64,000 nt of DNA from Oculatellaceae cyanobacterium bins.114 (GTDB lineage Bacteria; Cyanobacteriota; Cyanobacteriia; Elainellales; Elainellaceae): assembly GCA_033764315.1 (NCBI GenBank), contig JANRJA010000041.1, forward strand, positions 11,050 to 75,049. Reading direction: 5' to 3'. This document shows positions 1 through 8,940 of this stretch, piece by piece. Position 1 is the first letter of the stretch; each line of letters opens with the position of its first letter. The notes below the pieces were generated by a model. It made no database searches and was not told the DNA's origin. It worked only from the letters and a program-made list of their open reading frames with translations. Made by a program: the position numbers and the translations under genes.

Positions 1-190
1 CAGGTGGTATCTATGCAACCAGTTCCAAGCACAGGAACGGTCAAAGCCAAACAACACACTCAGCAAATCAAAGGTGAAATAGCATTTGCAGTACAACAAG
101 ATATAGAACAGCTTTTCACCAGAGTCCGTAATGTTGCTTTTTGCCCGACGCCAATGGCTCGTAGCAGACGTTTCTGTTGGGAAATGCGCC
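1..190 (-). pseudogene. Frameshifted transposase fragment (HTH of DDE-superfamily endonuclease; IS5-like), running off the window edge
   Basis: Hand translation of the minus strand gives RRISQQKRLLRAIGVGQKATLRT. A frame change near 120 then gives EKLFYILLYCKCYFTFDLLSVLFGFDRSCAWNWLHR, resembling the KLF.IL.Y.K.YPTFD...LF..DRS.A..W.HR motif of cyanobacterial IS transposases. No start codon is seen. Confidence 0.65.
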
Positions 191-203
191 TAGTTCTTGT
201 CCT

Positions 204-1394
204 TTATTTCCCAACAACTCTAATGTGTCCATGTTTAATGACGTATTTACGGGATGACCGGGTCGCGATCGCTTCTGGAATTGAATCCGCCGCCAGGACA
301 ACGAAATCCGCGATCGCTCCCTCTTGTAATCCGTACTTCTCTACGCCTAAAACCGTTGCCCCACCAGTCGTGATCATTTCAAAAGCAGTCATGAGATCAG
401 CATCCGTTAAAAAGTTAGAACGGTAGGCAATCAGCATGGCTCGTTCTAACATATCGGCGTTACTGAAAGGACACCAGGCATTACGCACATCATCTGATCC
501 TGAAAAGACCGTAATCCCTGCTTGCCGTAAACGAGAAATGGAAGGAAACGGGTGATGTCCCGGTGCATTGGTCATGATGGCGATCGCAGCCGTTGCCAAT
601 CGTTCAGTCGTTGTATCTGCTAAATCTGGAGACACCATTCCTAAACAGTAGGCATGGCTGACCGCAACGCGCCCTTGCATCCCCGTTGCAATCGTCCGTT
701 GGGCAATCTGTTCAAGTTCGTAAATGCCTAAATGTCCGGGATCGTGCAAGTGGATATCAATGCTAACGCCGTGCTTTTCTGCTAGACGAAAAATCTCATG
801 AAGATGCCCATTCACATCTTGATCAATGCCTGCGGGGTCAAGTCCACCAATTAAATCAGCCCCCTCAAAGAGCGCAGCATCTAACAATTCCAGTGTTCCT
901 GGACAAGAGAGTAATCCACTCTGAGGAAACGCAACGATTTGAATATCAACAAAGTCTCGATAGCGATCGCGAACGTTGAGGACTCCTTCTAAATTGCGTA
1001 AGCCAACTTCAGGGTAAATGTCTACATGCGTGCGAATCAGCGTTGTCCCTTGTTGAATGGCTCGTTCTATCAAATGGGAAGCCCGTTCCTCGACAGGGGT
1101 TTTGATTTCTCGAAGCATTTGTTTTTCGATTTCAACCCGTTGCCGCACGGTGTCTCCCGGAATGTGAGATTGCCAGGGAGTGCCCCAAAAGGTTTTGTCG
1201 AGGTGGATGTGTCCATCGACCAAGCCAGGACAAAGCAAGTTGCCCTGGATATCGAGCACCTCTTTAGCCGTGCCGAGTGTCTGATCAAGAGGCGCGATCG
1301 CAGAGATACATCCGTCTTTAACCGCAACTTGAGCCAATGATCCATCCGGCAACTTAGCTTGCTGGATCAGCAGGTCGAAAGTATCCAGTCCCAT
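204..1394 (-). CDS. Metal-dependent amidohydrolase, cytosine-deaminase (CodA)-like
   Basis: 396 aa. Motifs PGLVDGHIHLDK, RTHVD, QIVAFPQSG, IDIHLHD, VSHA and GSDD; C-terminal G..ADFVVL. Confidence 0.88.
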   Translation of the reverse strand: MGLDTFDLLIQQAKLPDGSLAQVAVKDGCISAIAPLDQTLGTAKEVLDIQGNLLCPGLVDGHIHLDKTFWGTPWQSHIPGDTVRQRVEIEKQMLREIKTPVEERASHLIERAIQQGTTLIRTHVDIYPEVGLRNLEGVLNVRDRYRDFVDIQIVAFPQSGLLSCPGTLELLDAALFEGADLIGGLDPAGIDQDVNGHLHEIFRLAEKHGVSIDIHLHDPGHLGIYELEQIAQRTIATGMQGRVAVSHAYCLGMVSPDLADTTTERLATAAIAIMTNAPGHHPFPSISRLRQAGITVFSGSDDVRNAWCPFSNADMLERAMLIAYRSNFLTDADLMTAFEMITTGGATVLGVEKYGLQEGAIADFVVLAADSIPEAIATRSSRKYVIKHGHIRVVGK

Positions 1395-1433
1395 GTCTAC
1401 TATCTACTTTTAACTACTCATATGCATCGAACC

Positions 1434-1504
1434 GCCCCCCTAGCCCCCCCAATTTTGGGGGGAATCTCTCCGGAAGTCCCCCAGAATTGGGGGATTTAGG
1501 GGGC
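1434..1504. repeat. Cyanobacterial palindromic REP/MITE-like element
   Basis: GCCCCCCTAGCCCCCCCAATT...AATTGGGGGATTTAGGGGGC imperfect inverted termini with internal C/G-run hairpins; intergenic. Confidence 0.75.
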
Positions 1505-1554
1505 AACAAGGCTTAAACGAAGTCAGTCTGGACTTGTGTGTACACAGCCGTTTG

Positions 1555-2484
1555 CTATTCACTGAGTTTGCCTAAGGACTCTGGCGCACCAAGGGAAGCC
1601 CTGGTGGGAGAACACGTCAACACCATGACTGCCAATGTCAGCAAATAGGGCACAGAATTGAACACGTAGTAATAGGAATCCACTCCCACCGATTGCAATG
1701 CCGGACCTAATCCCTGAGTTCCGCCAAACAAGAGTGCTGCATAGAGACACTGCATCGGATTCCAGCGGGCAAAAATCACCAGCGCGACGGCAATGAGTCC
1801 TTGTCCACTGGAAATATTTTCGTTCCAGCTACCCGGAAAGTAGAGGGACAGGTAAGATCCGGCAATTCCCGCTAAGAAACTGCCAAAGACAATGCACAGC
1901 GATTGTACCCAACGAACAGGAATCCCCATTGCCTTTGCCGCTGCCGGACTTTCTCCCACCGCTCGCACCATCAAGCCCCATCGCGTAGAGGTAAAGAACC
2001 ACTGCATTAGAGGGGCGATCGCCAGCCCCAACAACAGCAATGGACTGACCATCAGCGCAGATTGAACTTGCGGTAAATGACTCCAATCTCCAAAATGAAG
2101 GGCGGGTAACTGGGGAGCGATCGGTTGAATGTAAGGTTTCCCGATGTAAAACGCTAACCCCCCTCCAAAGATCATCATGGCAATGCCCACCGAAATGTCG
2201 TTTACTCTGCGCTGTTGCACCAACCAGGCATGAATGGCACCCAGTCCCATTCCGGCAACTCCGGCACAAACCACGCCTAACCAGGGTGATCCGGTGTGAT
2301 AAGAAACGGCGTAGGCACTCATCGCGCCCATCAGCAAGGTTCCTTCTAAACCAAGGTTGATCTTGCCGCTTTTTTCCGTCAGGCACTCTCCCAAACTGAC
2401 AAACAAAAAGGGAACGCTTCCCCGCAGTAAGCCACCCAAAATTGCCACGGGAACGCCCCACCAACCGAGCGATTCAGGGGTCAT
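1555..2484 (-). CDS. ABC transporter permease (nucleoside/BMP-associated, BPD_transp_2)
   Basis: Motifs LGECLTEKSGKINLGLEG, WGLMVRAVGESPAAAKAMG and GQGLIAVALVIFARWNP; hydrophobic. Confidence 0.92.
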   Translation of the reverse strand: MTPESLGWWGVPVAILGGLLRGSVPFLFVSLGECLTEKSGKINLGLEGTLLMGAMSAYAVSYHTGSPWLGVVCAGVAGMGLGAIHAWLVQQRRVNDISVGIAMMIFGGGLAFYIGKPYIQPIAPQLPALHFGDWSHLPQVQSALMVSPLLLLGLAIAPLMQWFFTSTRWGLMVRAVGESPAAAKAMGIPVRWVQSLCIVFGSFLAGIAGSYLSLYFPGSWNENISSGQGLIAVALVIFARWNPMQCLYAALLFGGTQGLGPALQSVGVDSYYYVFNSVPYLLTLAVMVLTCSPTRASLGAPESLGKLSE

Positions 2485-3611
2485 TGATGAACTCCTTGTA
2501 CGGTAGAAGAGAGCGGATCGAGGGATGGAACAGGGGCGATCGCATCATCATCGGGAATGGCGGGTTCTTGAAACCAGGGGAACTGCCCATAAAGCGATTC
2601 GCTATATAGAATCACCAGAAAGATCAAGCCTTGAAAGACCAGAACTGTTGCATCGGGCATTCCATGAGCACGTTGTAAGATGCTGCCGCTGGTTAAGATA
2701 CCGCCTAACAGTGTGGAAACTAAAACAACCGCGAGGGGATTTTGTTTCGCCACAAAAGCAACCAAAATTCCCGTATAGCCATAGTTTGAGTGGAGTGCTC
2801 CATTGGCGCGACCGTGTACCGCTGCCACTTCTACCATGCCTGCCAAGCCCGCACAGGAGCCTGCCAGAAAGCAAATGGCTAAAGTCAACTTGCCAACCGC
2901 GAGTCCAGCAATTCGGGCCGCGCGAATATTTCCCCCAATGGTGCGGATCGCAAAACCAAAAGTGGTTCGCTGGATCAGCACATAGGCGATCGCACACACC
3001 ACCAAGCCATACAGCAGCCCGTAGTGAATTCGAGAACCCGGAAAATCCCCTAGCTTTAAAGCCTCTGCTAACGGATACGTCGAAGGTTGGTTAAGGGAAC
3101 TGGGATCTCGCCAGGGACCTTCAACCATGTGGTTGAGAAAGGCGATCGCCACGTAGTTCAACAGCAAACTGCTGATGGTCTCATTCACCCCACGGTAATG
3201 ACGCAATGCTCCAATCAGCATGATCCACAATCCACCTACGGTAATGCCTGCGATCGCCATTGCCAGCAACGCGATGACAGGAGACACGTTTGCCATGCCT
3301 AATCCTGTTACAGCCGCCATTAACCCACCTAAGACCAGTGCACCTTCATTGCCAATCACAATCAATCCTAATCGGGCAGGAAGGACGGTACACAGGGCAC
3401 TCAGCATCAAAGGCGCAGAGCGAATTAAGGTGTTTTGCCAGGAAAACCAGGAGGCAAAAGCTGCCTTATAGATGGAAGCGTAGATAGCCAGGGGATTATA
3501 TCCCTGAACGGCACAGAACAAACCAAATAGAAGAAGGGCAATGGCGATCGCCCCAACTGGAATGCAAATCGACTCTAAAACAGAACGCCAACGACGCAAC
3601 ATGGTGAACAA
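2481..3611 (-). CDS. ABC transporter permease (nucleoside/BMP-associated)
   Basis: Motifs IGNEG, GVNETISSLLLNY, FGFAIRTIGGN and YGYTGILVAF; 4-bp overlap with the next permease. Confidence 0.92.
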   Translation of the reverse strand: MFTMLRRWRSVLESICIPVGAIAIALLLFGLFCAVQGYNPLAIYASIYKAAFASWFSWQNTLIRSAPLMLSALCTVLPARLGLIVIGNEGALVLGGLMAAVTGLGMANVSPVIALLAMAIAGITVGGLWIMLIGALRHYRGVNETISSLLLNYVAIAFLNHMVEGPWRDPSSLNQPSTYPLAEALKLGDFPGSRIHYGLLYGLVVCAIAYVLIQRTTFGFAIRTIGGNIRAARIAGLAVGKLTLAICFLAGSCAGLAGMVEVAAVHGRANGALHSNYGYTGILVAFVAKQNPLAVVLVSTLLGGILTSGSILQRAHGMPDATVLVFQGLIFLVILYSESLYGQFPWFQEPAIPDDDAIAPVPSLDPLSSTVQGVHQ

Positions 3612-3617
3612 TTCCCG

Positions 3618-4817
3618 TTAAGCGGTGATTTGTCCGATTACCCCTTCAACCAGCCAATCCATTTTTTCAAGTTCAGGATCACCGGGTTTGTATTCCGTTC
3701 CAGCAGGGATCACAACTTTACCTGTATTGTCTTTCAGTTCTCCCTTGTAGACCACCAGGGAGCCATCTAACAATCCAGCTTTGGCGGTTTCGGCATCCTG
3801 TTTAGCTGCCTCACTGACGGCTGCTCCATAGGGCGACAGCTTGACGAAATTATCCTTCAATCCGCCCAAATACGTATGGGGAATGCCGCCATTCATTAGC
3901 GTTTTGCCCCCCTGAATCATCTTGACATAGCTTGAGTAAACGCCCGTCCAATCCCATTCAGCCCCGGTAAGATATCCTTTAGGGGCAACTTCGGACTGGT
4001 TCACCGCATTTCCGCTACAAAAGATCGCGCGTTTTTCTGCGGTTTCCATTACCACTTTGGCGTTGTCTACATTGCAGGTAACGACATCTACGCCCTGGTC
4101 TGCCATGCTATTCACTGCTTCCGCTTCTTTGACCGGATCAGTCCAGGCACCCGTAATGATCAGTTGAGTGGTGGCATCGGGATTAACCGATTTTGCCCCT
4201 AGCATCCAGCTATTGAGCGTTCGCACAATGCGGGGAATCGGTTTTGCCATGACGAAGCCCAGCTTACCTGTCTTGGATGTATGAGCGGCAACCGTTCCAG
4301 CAATGTAATAGGCTTGATCGATGAATCCAAAATAGCTGCCCACGTTAGCGGGATGTTTGCCCTCTTCGTACAGCGTGCCACAGTGAAAAAACTGTACCTC
4401 TGGGAACTCTTTTGCCATCTCCAAAATATAGGGATCAAAGTAACCAAACGACGTTGGAAACAAAACCTTTGCACCATCCTGAACAATCATGCTTCGCATT
4501 GTTTCCGCTACGGCTGTGGTTTCAGGTACACTGGCCTCTTCAACGACTTTGACTCCAGGAACGTTCGCGACTCCAGCGGCTCCTTCAGCATGTGCCTGGT
4601 TCCAACCATAGTCGTCTTTTGGCCCCACATAAATGAATCCCATCATCAGTAGTTCTGTCGCACTATCAGGAGACGGGGTGGCGTCTCCACTGGTAGCCGT
4701 TGTTTCAGGGGCGGGTGAACACCCTGTCCAGAGATGCGAGGTTGCACCAAAGGCTCCAGTTGCCAGCAGTCCTCGAATGACCTGACGACGGGTAAACGGA
4801 AAACGATGTTGAGTCAT
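3618..4817 (-). CDS. BMP-family ABC transporter substrate-binding lipoprotein
   Basis: Twin-arginine TRRQVI followed by lipobox-like WTGC; motifs GFIYVGPKDDYGWNQAH and TSFGY. Confidence 0.92.
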   Translation of the reverse strand: MTQHRFPFTRRQVIRGLLATGAFGATSHLWTGCSPAPETTATSGDATPSPDSATELLMMGFIYVGPKDDYGWNQAHAEGAAGVANVPGVKVVEEASVPETTAVAETMRSMIVQDGAKVLFPTSFGYFDPYILEMAKEFPEVQFFHCGTLYEEGKHPANVGSYFGFIDQAYYIAGTVAAHTSKTGKLGFVMAKPIPRIVRTLNSWMLGAKSVNPDATTQLIITGAWTDPVKEAEAVNSMADQGVDVVTCNVDNAKVVMETAEKRAIFCSGNAVNQSEVAPKGYLTGAEWDWTGVYSSYVKMIQGGKTLMNGGIPHTYLGGLKDNFVKLSPYGAAVSEAAKQDAETAKAGLLDGSLVVYKGELKDNTGKVVIPAGTEYKPGDPELEKMDWLVEGVIGQITA

Positions 4818-4994
4818 GGGCGAATCCTCTTAGCAACAACTAGGGCTGACGAAGGGCTTACAAAGCGCAAGTGACCGCATTATCAGGTTGGGCTTGAGGG
4901 ATGTCGATACCAAAAGTTCAACCTGTTTTTGTAACGTTTTGGATCAAAGTTCCAGGTTTGTTCCATCTACTGCAAAAGGCTGGAACTGAAAAAT

Positions 4995-5008
4995 GTATGA
5001 TGCAATAC
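4995..5008. promoter_or_regulatory. NtcA-type site GTA-N8-TAC between divergent genes
   Basis: GTATGATGCAATAC matches the consensus. No clean TAN3T box is found at 22 nt on either side. Confidence 0.45.
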
Positions 5009-5038
5009 CTCAAGTCTTCGCAGTTTCTCTAAAGATGA

Positions 5039-8000
5039 ATGACCAATGGCGCAGTTTTGAATGATGGAATGGTGAGCGACGCTCTAAAAGACGGCAAAGC
5101 CGAAAGTACCTTCTTAGGGTTCATAGATGCGCTAGTGTTTGCCAGGACAGGAAGCCATCTAGGGGAAGCACAGCGGGCACTGTTAAGCGCATCTTGGTCA
5201 GGGGATCGGCAAAACTATGACCAGATTGCAGCAGCTTGCGGCTATTCCGCGCATTATCTCCGGAAGCACATTGGACCTCATCTCTGGCAAATGTTGTCGG
5301 ATGTCTTGGGCGAGAAAGTCACTAAAATCAACTGCCGAAGGGTGATTGAACGACACATGATGTTGTTGACCTCATCTCCTAACGCGTTCTCCTACGAAAG
5401 AAGGGAAGATGGAAACGTCTCAAAGCTCCCCTCTCCTTCTGGGAGAGGGGTTGGGGGTGAGGGTTCGTCCCCCTATTACGATTGGGGTGAAGCTTCTGAC
5501 GTAGAGGTATTTTACGGACGACAAATCGAGTTAGATCTTCTCCTACAGTGGATGGCTGCCCACTGTCGGTTGATTGGCGTATTTGGAGTTGGGGGAATTG
5601 GTAAAACTCACCTGTCCATTAAGCTGGCTCAGCAGGTGACAGATTTTGATTGTGTCATTTGGCGATCGCTCCGGAATGCCCCACCCTTAACGGAACTACT
5701 AGCAGACCTCTTACACGCCATCACGCGATCGCCCCAACCCACCTTACCCGATGCGACCGAAGTTCGATTAACGCTGCTGCTCGAACAGTTGCGATCAATG
5801 CGCTGTCTGCTGGTTCTTGATAACGCAGAAACTCTTTTGAAAGGAGAAGAATACAGTGGGCAGTACCGTGAAGGGTATGAAGACTATGGACAGTTCTTTA
5901 AGCGAATTGGAGAAACAAACCACTTAAGCACCCTATTACTGACGAGTCGAGAGAAACCGAAAGAATTCGGGGTGATGGAAGGAGAGACATCGCCTGTGCG
6001 ATCGCTTCCCTTAAAGGGACTCCTTCCTGAAGATGCCCAACAGATCATCTCTGCAAAAGGAATTCAGATCGAATCTGCAACGGTGAGTAGCGAGTTGGTC
6101 TATCGCTATGGGGGAAATCCTTTAGCACTGAAGATTGTGACTACAACCATTCAAGAATTGTTTGATGGAGATGTTTCTCAATTTCTTCAGGAGAACACAG
6201 CGGTTACTTCAGAAATTAATAACCTGCTCGATCAGCATTTTGTTCGTCTTACGGCAATTGAAAAAACGGCTTTGTATGGGTTAGCCGTTGCCCGTGAACC
6301 CCTCTCGCTAACGACCCTCTGTAGCGACTGGATCGCCCCTCCCCCTCGCCATCACATTCTAGATGCGCTGAAATCGCTAGGGCAACGTTCTTTAATTGAA
6401 AAACACGACGGATTATTTAGTCTGCAACCTGTCGTAATGGAGTACGTGAGCGATCGCCTAATCACTGCGATCGCGGATGAAATCATTCAAAATTGCGGCA
6501 GCTTTGAACACTTGAATCAACACATTTTACTCAAAGCAGAAGCAAAAGACTACATCCGAGAGATACAAAATCGACTGATTCTCAAACCGTTATTAGAGCG
6601 GTTGCTACAACACTTTAAAGTAAAACAAACCTTAGAAAGACAGTTAGCAAGTATTTTAGACTGGCAAAGAAACAACTTTCCTCTGGAACCGGGATACCTG
6701 GCAGGTAATATCCTCAATCTTCTGTTGCAGTTAGGGACAGATCTCAGCGGTTATGACTGTTCCTACCTCACCATCTGGCAAGCCTATTTAGAAGGGGTCA
6801 ATCTCAACTACGTTAATTTTGCCTATTCGGATCTCTCTCGCTCCGTTTTAACTGAAACGTTTGCCAGTACGCTTTCAGTCGCTTTCAGTCCAGATGGTCA
6901 CTTCTTTGCGACAGCAACCACAGATAACGATATCTGTCTCTGGCAAACCAAAGATGGCAAAAAAGTACGAGTCTATCAGGGGCATCGCGGTTGGGTTCAC
7001 TCCGTTGCCTTTAGCCCAACCGATGCCATCATTGCCAGTGGCAGTGAAGATGAAACGATCCGTTTATGGGACATGCAAACGGGACAGTGTTTAAAAACGC
7101 TGAAAGGACATCAGAATTGGGTTTGGGCAGTGGCATTTAGTGCCGATGGACGATGCTTAGCCAGCAGCAGCAATGACCAAACCGTTCGCTTATGGGATGT
7201 TCAAACCGGAGTTTGTTTGAGAGTGCTAGAAGGACACCAGAATTGGGTCTGGTCGGTCGCCTTCAGTCCTGATCAAACGCTGCTTGCCAGTGGCAGTAAT
7301 GATAAGACGATCAAGATTTGGGATGTGGAAACAGGTGAGTGTGTTAAGACGCTGTTAGGACATACTGACTGGGTACAATCGATCGCCTTTAGTCCAGCGA
7401 CTTCCCTGCTGGCTAGCGGCAGCCGTGACCAAACGATTAAACTATGGGACGTGCAGACGGGAAGGTGTCCTGTAACCCTGCAAGGACACACGAATTGGGT
7501 ACAGTCTGTCACCTTTGACGGAACGGGAACTCTCCTTGCCAGTGCTAGTAATGACCAGACTGTAAAACTGTGGGATCTTGCAACCCATGCCTGTTTACGA
7601 ACCTTTCACAGCCCCATTCAAGATATCTGGTCGGTGGCATTCAGTCCTGATGCCACAGCTCTGATTTTAGGGGGAAGCGACCAGACCGTACAAATGTGGG
7701 ATGTGCAAACCGGGCAGTGCCTTAAAACGCTACGGGGGCACATTAGCGGCATCTTATCTCTAGATAGCAGTTCTGATGGACGTTACCTAGTAACGGGGGG
7801 AAGCGATCGCACGGTGCGCCTGTGGGATCTGAACTTAGGACAGTGCATCAAAACCCTGAACGGACATACCAGTTGGGTGCGATCGGTTGCCTTTAACCCA
7901 CAAAATCAGATGATTGCCAGTGGTAGCAGCGACCATACAATTCGCCTGTGGGATAGTGTGACGGGAGAATGCCTTAAAATTCTCCAGGGGCATGATAGCT

Positions 8001-8770
8001 GGGTGCGATCGGTCAGGTTCAATGCGGATGGAAAACGGCTGGTCAGCGGCAGTACCGATCACACAATTCGCTTGTGGGATGTACAAACGGGGGAATGTTT
8101 ACATCGTTTAGACGGACACGACAGTTGGGTCAGGTGCGTTGCCTTTTCACCTGTTCAGTCCATCATTGCCAGCAGTGGCGATGACCAAACCATTCGCCTT
8201 TGGGATAGCGATTCTGGGATATGCCTTCGGGTTTTGACCGGACATACCAGTGGCATCTGGTCGGTTGCTTTTAGCCCCGATGGTTCCCTGATTGCTAGTG
8301 GTGGAGACGATCGCGTTGTCAAGATCTGGAACGTCCATACAGGAGAGTGTTTGAAGACGCTGCATGGACATGATAATTGGATTCAGGCGATCGCCTTTAG
8401 CCCTGATGGAACCTATATCGCCAGTGGCAGCAATGACCAAACTATTCAGTTATGGGACACTGCAACTGGAAAACGGTTGCGCGTTCTCCAAAGCCACCAC
8501 AATCGAATTTGGGCAGTTGTTTTTAGTCCTCTTAACGAAAGGGGTGATCTTGATTGCGTGTTGATTAGCGGCAGTGAAGACGAAACCATTCGCATCTGGA
8601 ATCCGTTGACTGGTAACTGCCTTCAAAGTTTGCGATCGCCCTGTCCCTGTGAAGGGATGAACATCTTGGGTATTAAAGGATTAACCAATGCTCAAAAGTT
8701 TGCACTTAAAGCGTTAGGCGCGATCGAACTGCATATCGATTCACAAGAAATACATTTGCAGCAGCACTAA
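5039..8770 (+). CDS. STAND NTPase: N-terminal HTH, NB-ARC, pentapeptide linker and about 14 WD40 repeats
   Basis: Walker A GVGGIGKT, Walker B LLVLDNAE, YGGNPLALK, repeated GH.W.V.SVAFSP...ASGS.D.TIRLWD. The start codon is uncertain. Confidence 0.95.
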   Translation: MTNGAVLNDGMVSDALKDGKAESTFLGFIDALVFARTGSHLGEAQRALLSASWSGDRQNYDQIAAACGYSAHYLRKHIGPHLWQMLSDVLGEKVTKINCRRVIERHMMLLTSSPNAFSYERREDGNVSKLPSPSGRGVGGEGSSPYYDWGEASDVEVFYGRQIELDLLLQWMAAHCRLIGVFGVGGIGKTHLSIKLAQQVTDFDCVIWRSLRNAPPLTELLADLLHAITRSPQPTLPDATEVRLTLLLEQLRSMRCLLVLDNAETLLKGEEYSGQYREGYEDYGQFFKRIGETNHLSTLLLTSREKPKEFGVMEGETSPVRSLPLKGLLPEDAQQIISAKGIQIESATVSSELVYRYGGNPLALKIVTTTIQELFDGDVSQFLQENTAVTSEINNLLDQHFVRLTAIEKTALYGLAVAREPLSLTTLCSDWIAPPPRHHILDALKSLGQRSLIEKHDGLFSLQPVVMEYVSDRLITAIADEIIQNCGSFEHLNQHILLKAEAKDYIREIQNRLILKPLLERLLQHFKVKQTLERQLASILDWQRNNFPLEPGYLAGNILNLLLQLGTDLSGYDCSYLTIWQAYLEGVNLNYVNFAYSDLSRSVLTETFASTLSVAFSPDGHFFATATTDNDICLWQTKDGKKVRVYQGHRGWVHSVAFSPTDAIIASGSEDETIRLWDMQTGQCLKTLKGHQNWVWAVAFSADGRCLASSSNDQTVRLWDVQTGVCLRVLEGHQNWVWSVAFSPDQTLLASGSNDKTIKIWDVETGECVKTLLGHTDWVQSIAFSPATSLLASGSRDQTIKLWDVQTGRCPVTLQGHTNWVQSVTFDGTGTLLASASNDQTVKLWDLATHACLRTFHSPIQDIWSVAFSPDATALILGGSDQTVQMWDVQTGQCLKTLRGHISGILSLDSSSDGRYLVTGGSDRTVRLWDLNLGQCIKTLNGHTSWVRSVAFNPQNQMIASGSSDHTIRLWDSVTGECLKILQGHDSWVRSVRFNADGKRLVSGSTDHTIRLWDVQTGECLHRLDGHDSWVRCVAFSPVQSIIASSGDDQTIRLWDSDSGICLRVLTGHTSGIWSVAFSPDGSLIASGGDDRVVKIWNVHTGECLKTLHGHDNWIQAIAFSPDGTYIASGSNDQTIQLWDTATGKRLRVLQSHHNRIWAVVFSPLNERGDLDCVLISGSEDETIRIWNPLTGNCLQSLRSPCPCEGMNILGIKGLTNAQKFALKALGAIELHIDSQEIHLQQH
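5368..5464. repeat. Palindromic repeat element inserted in frame in the NB-ARC gene
   Basis: GACCTCATCTCCTAAC...CTCCCCTCTCCTTCTGGGAGAGGGGTTGGGGGTGAGGG; translates as TSSPNAFS...KLPSPSGRGVGGEG. Confidence 0.7.
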
Positions 8771-8802
8771 TTCACTCAACAACTAATTCACTCAACAACT
8801 AA
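8766..8802. repeat. 16-bp tandem duplication at the NB-ARC stop codon
   Basis: ACTAATTCACTCAACA x2 followed by ACTAA. Confidence 0.85.
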
Positions 8803-8940
8803 CGATGCGCTTGTTAAGGAAGGTTAACTGAGATCTTGCACCATTCTCAGTAAGGGTTGCCAAAGGAGCCAAAATTTGAAAGAACGGGCGTAGCTTGAGA
8901 TAATCGTATCTGATTTTTCATTATTTAAGCAAGTAATAAT

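Noticed and set aside
4-426. 140-aa plus-strand ORF
   Set aside because: It is antisense to the amidohydrolase and the transposase relic and has no motifs.
6850-8620. WD40 DNA periodicity as a diversity-generating or recently amplified array
   Set aside because: The repeats are diverged at nucleotide level, and no reverse transcriptase or template repeat is visible.
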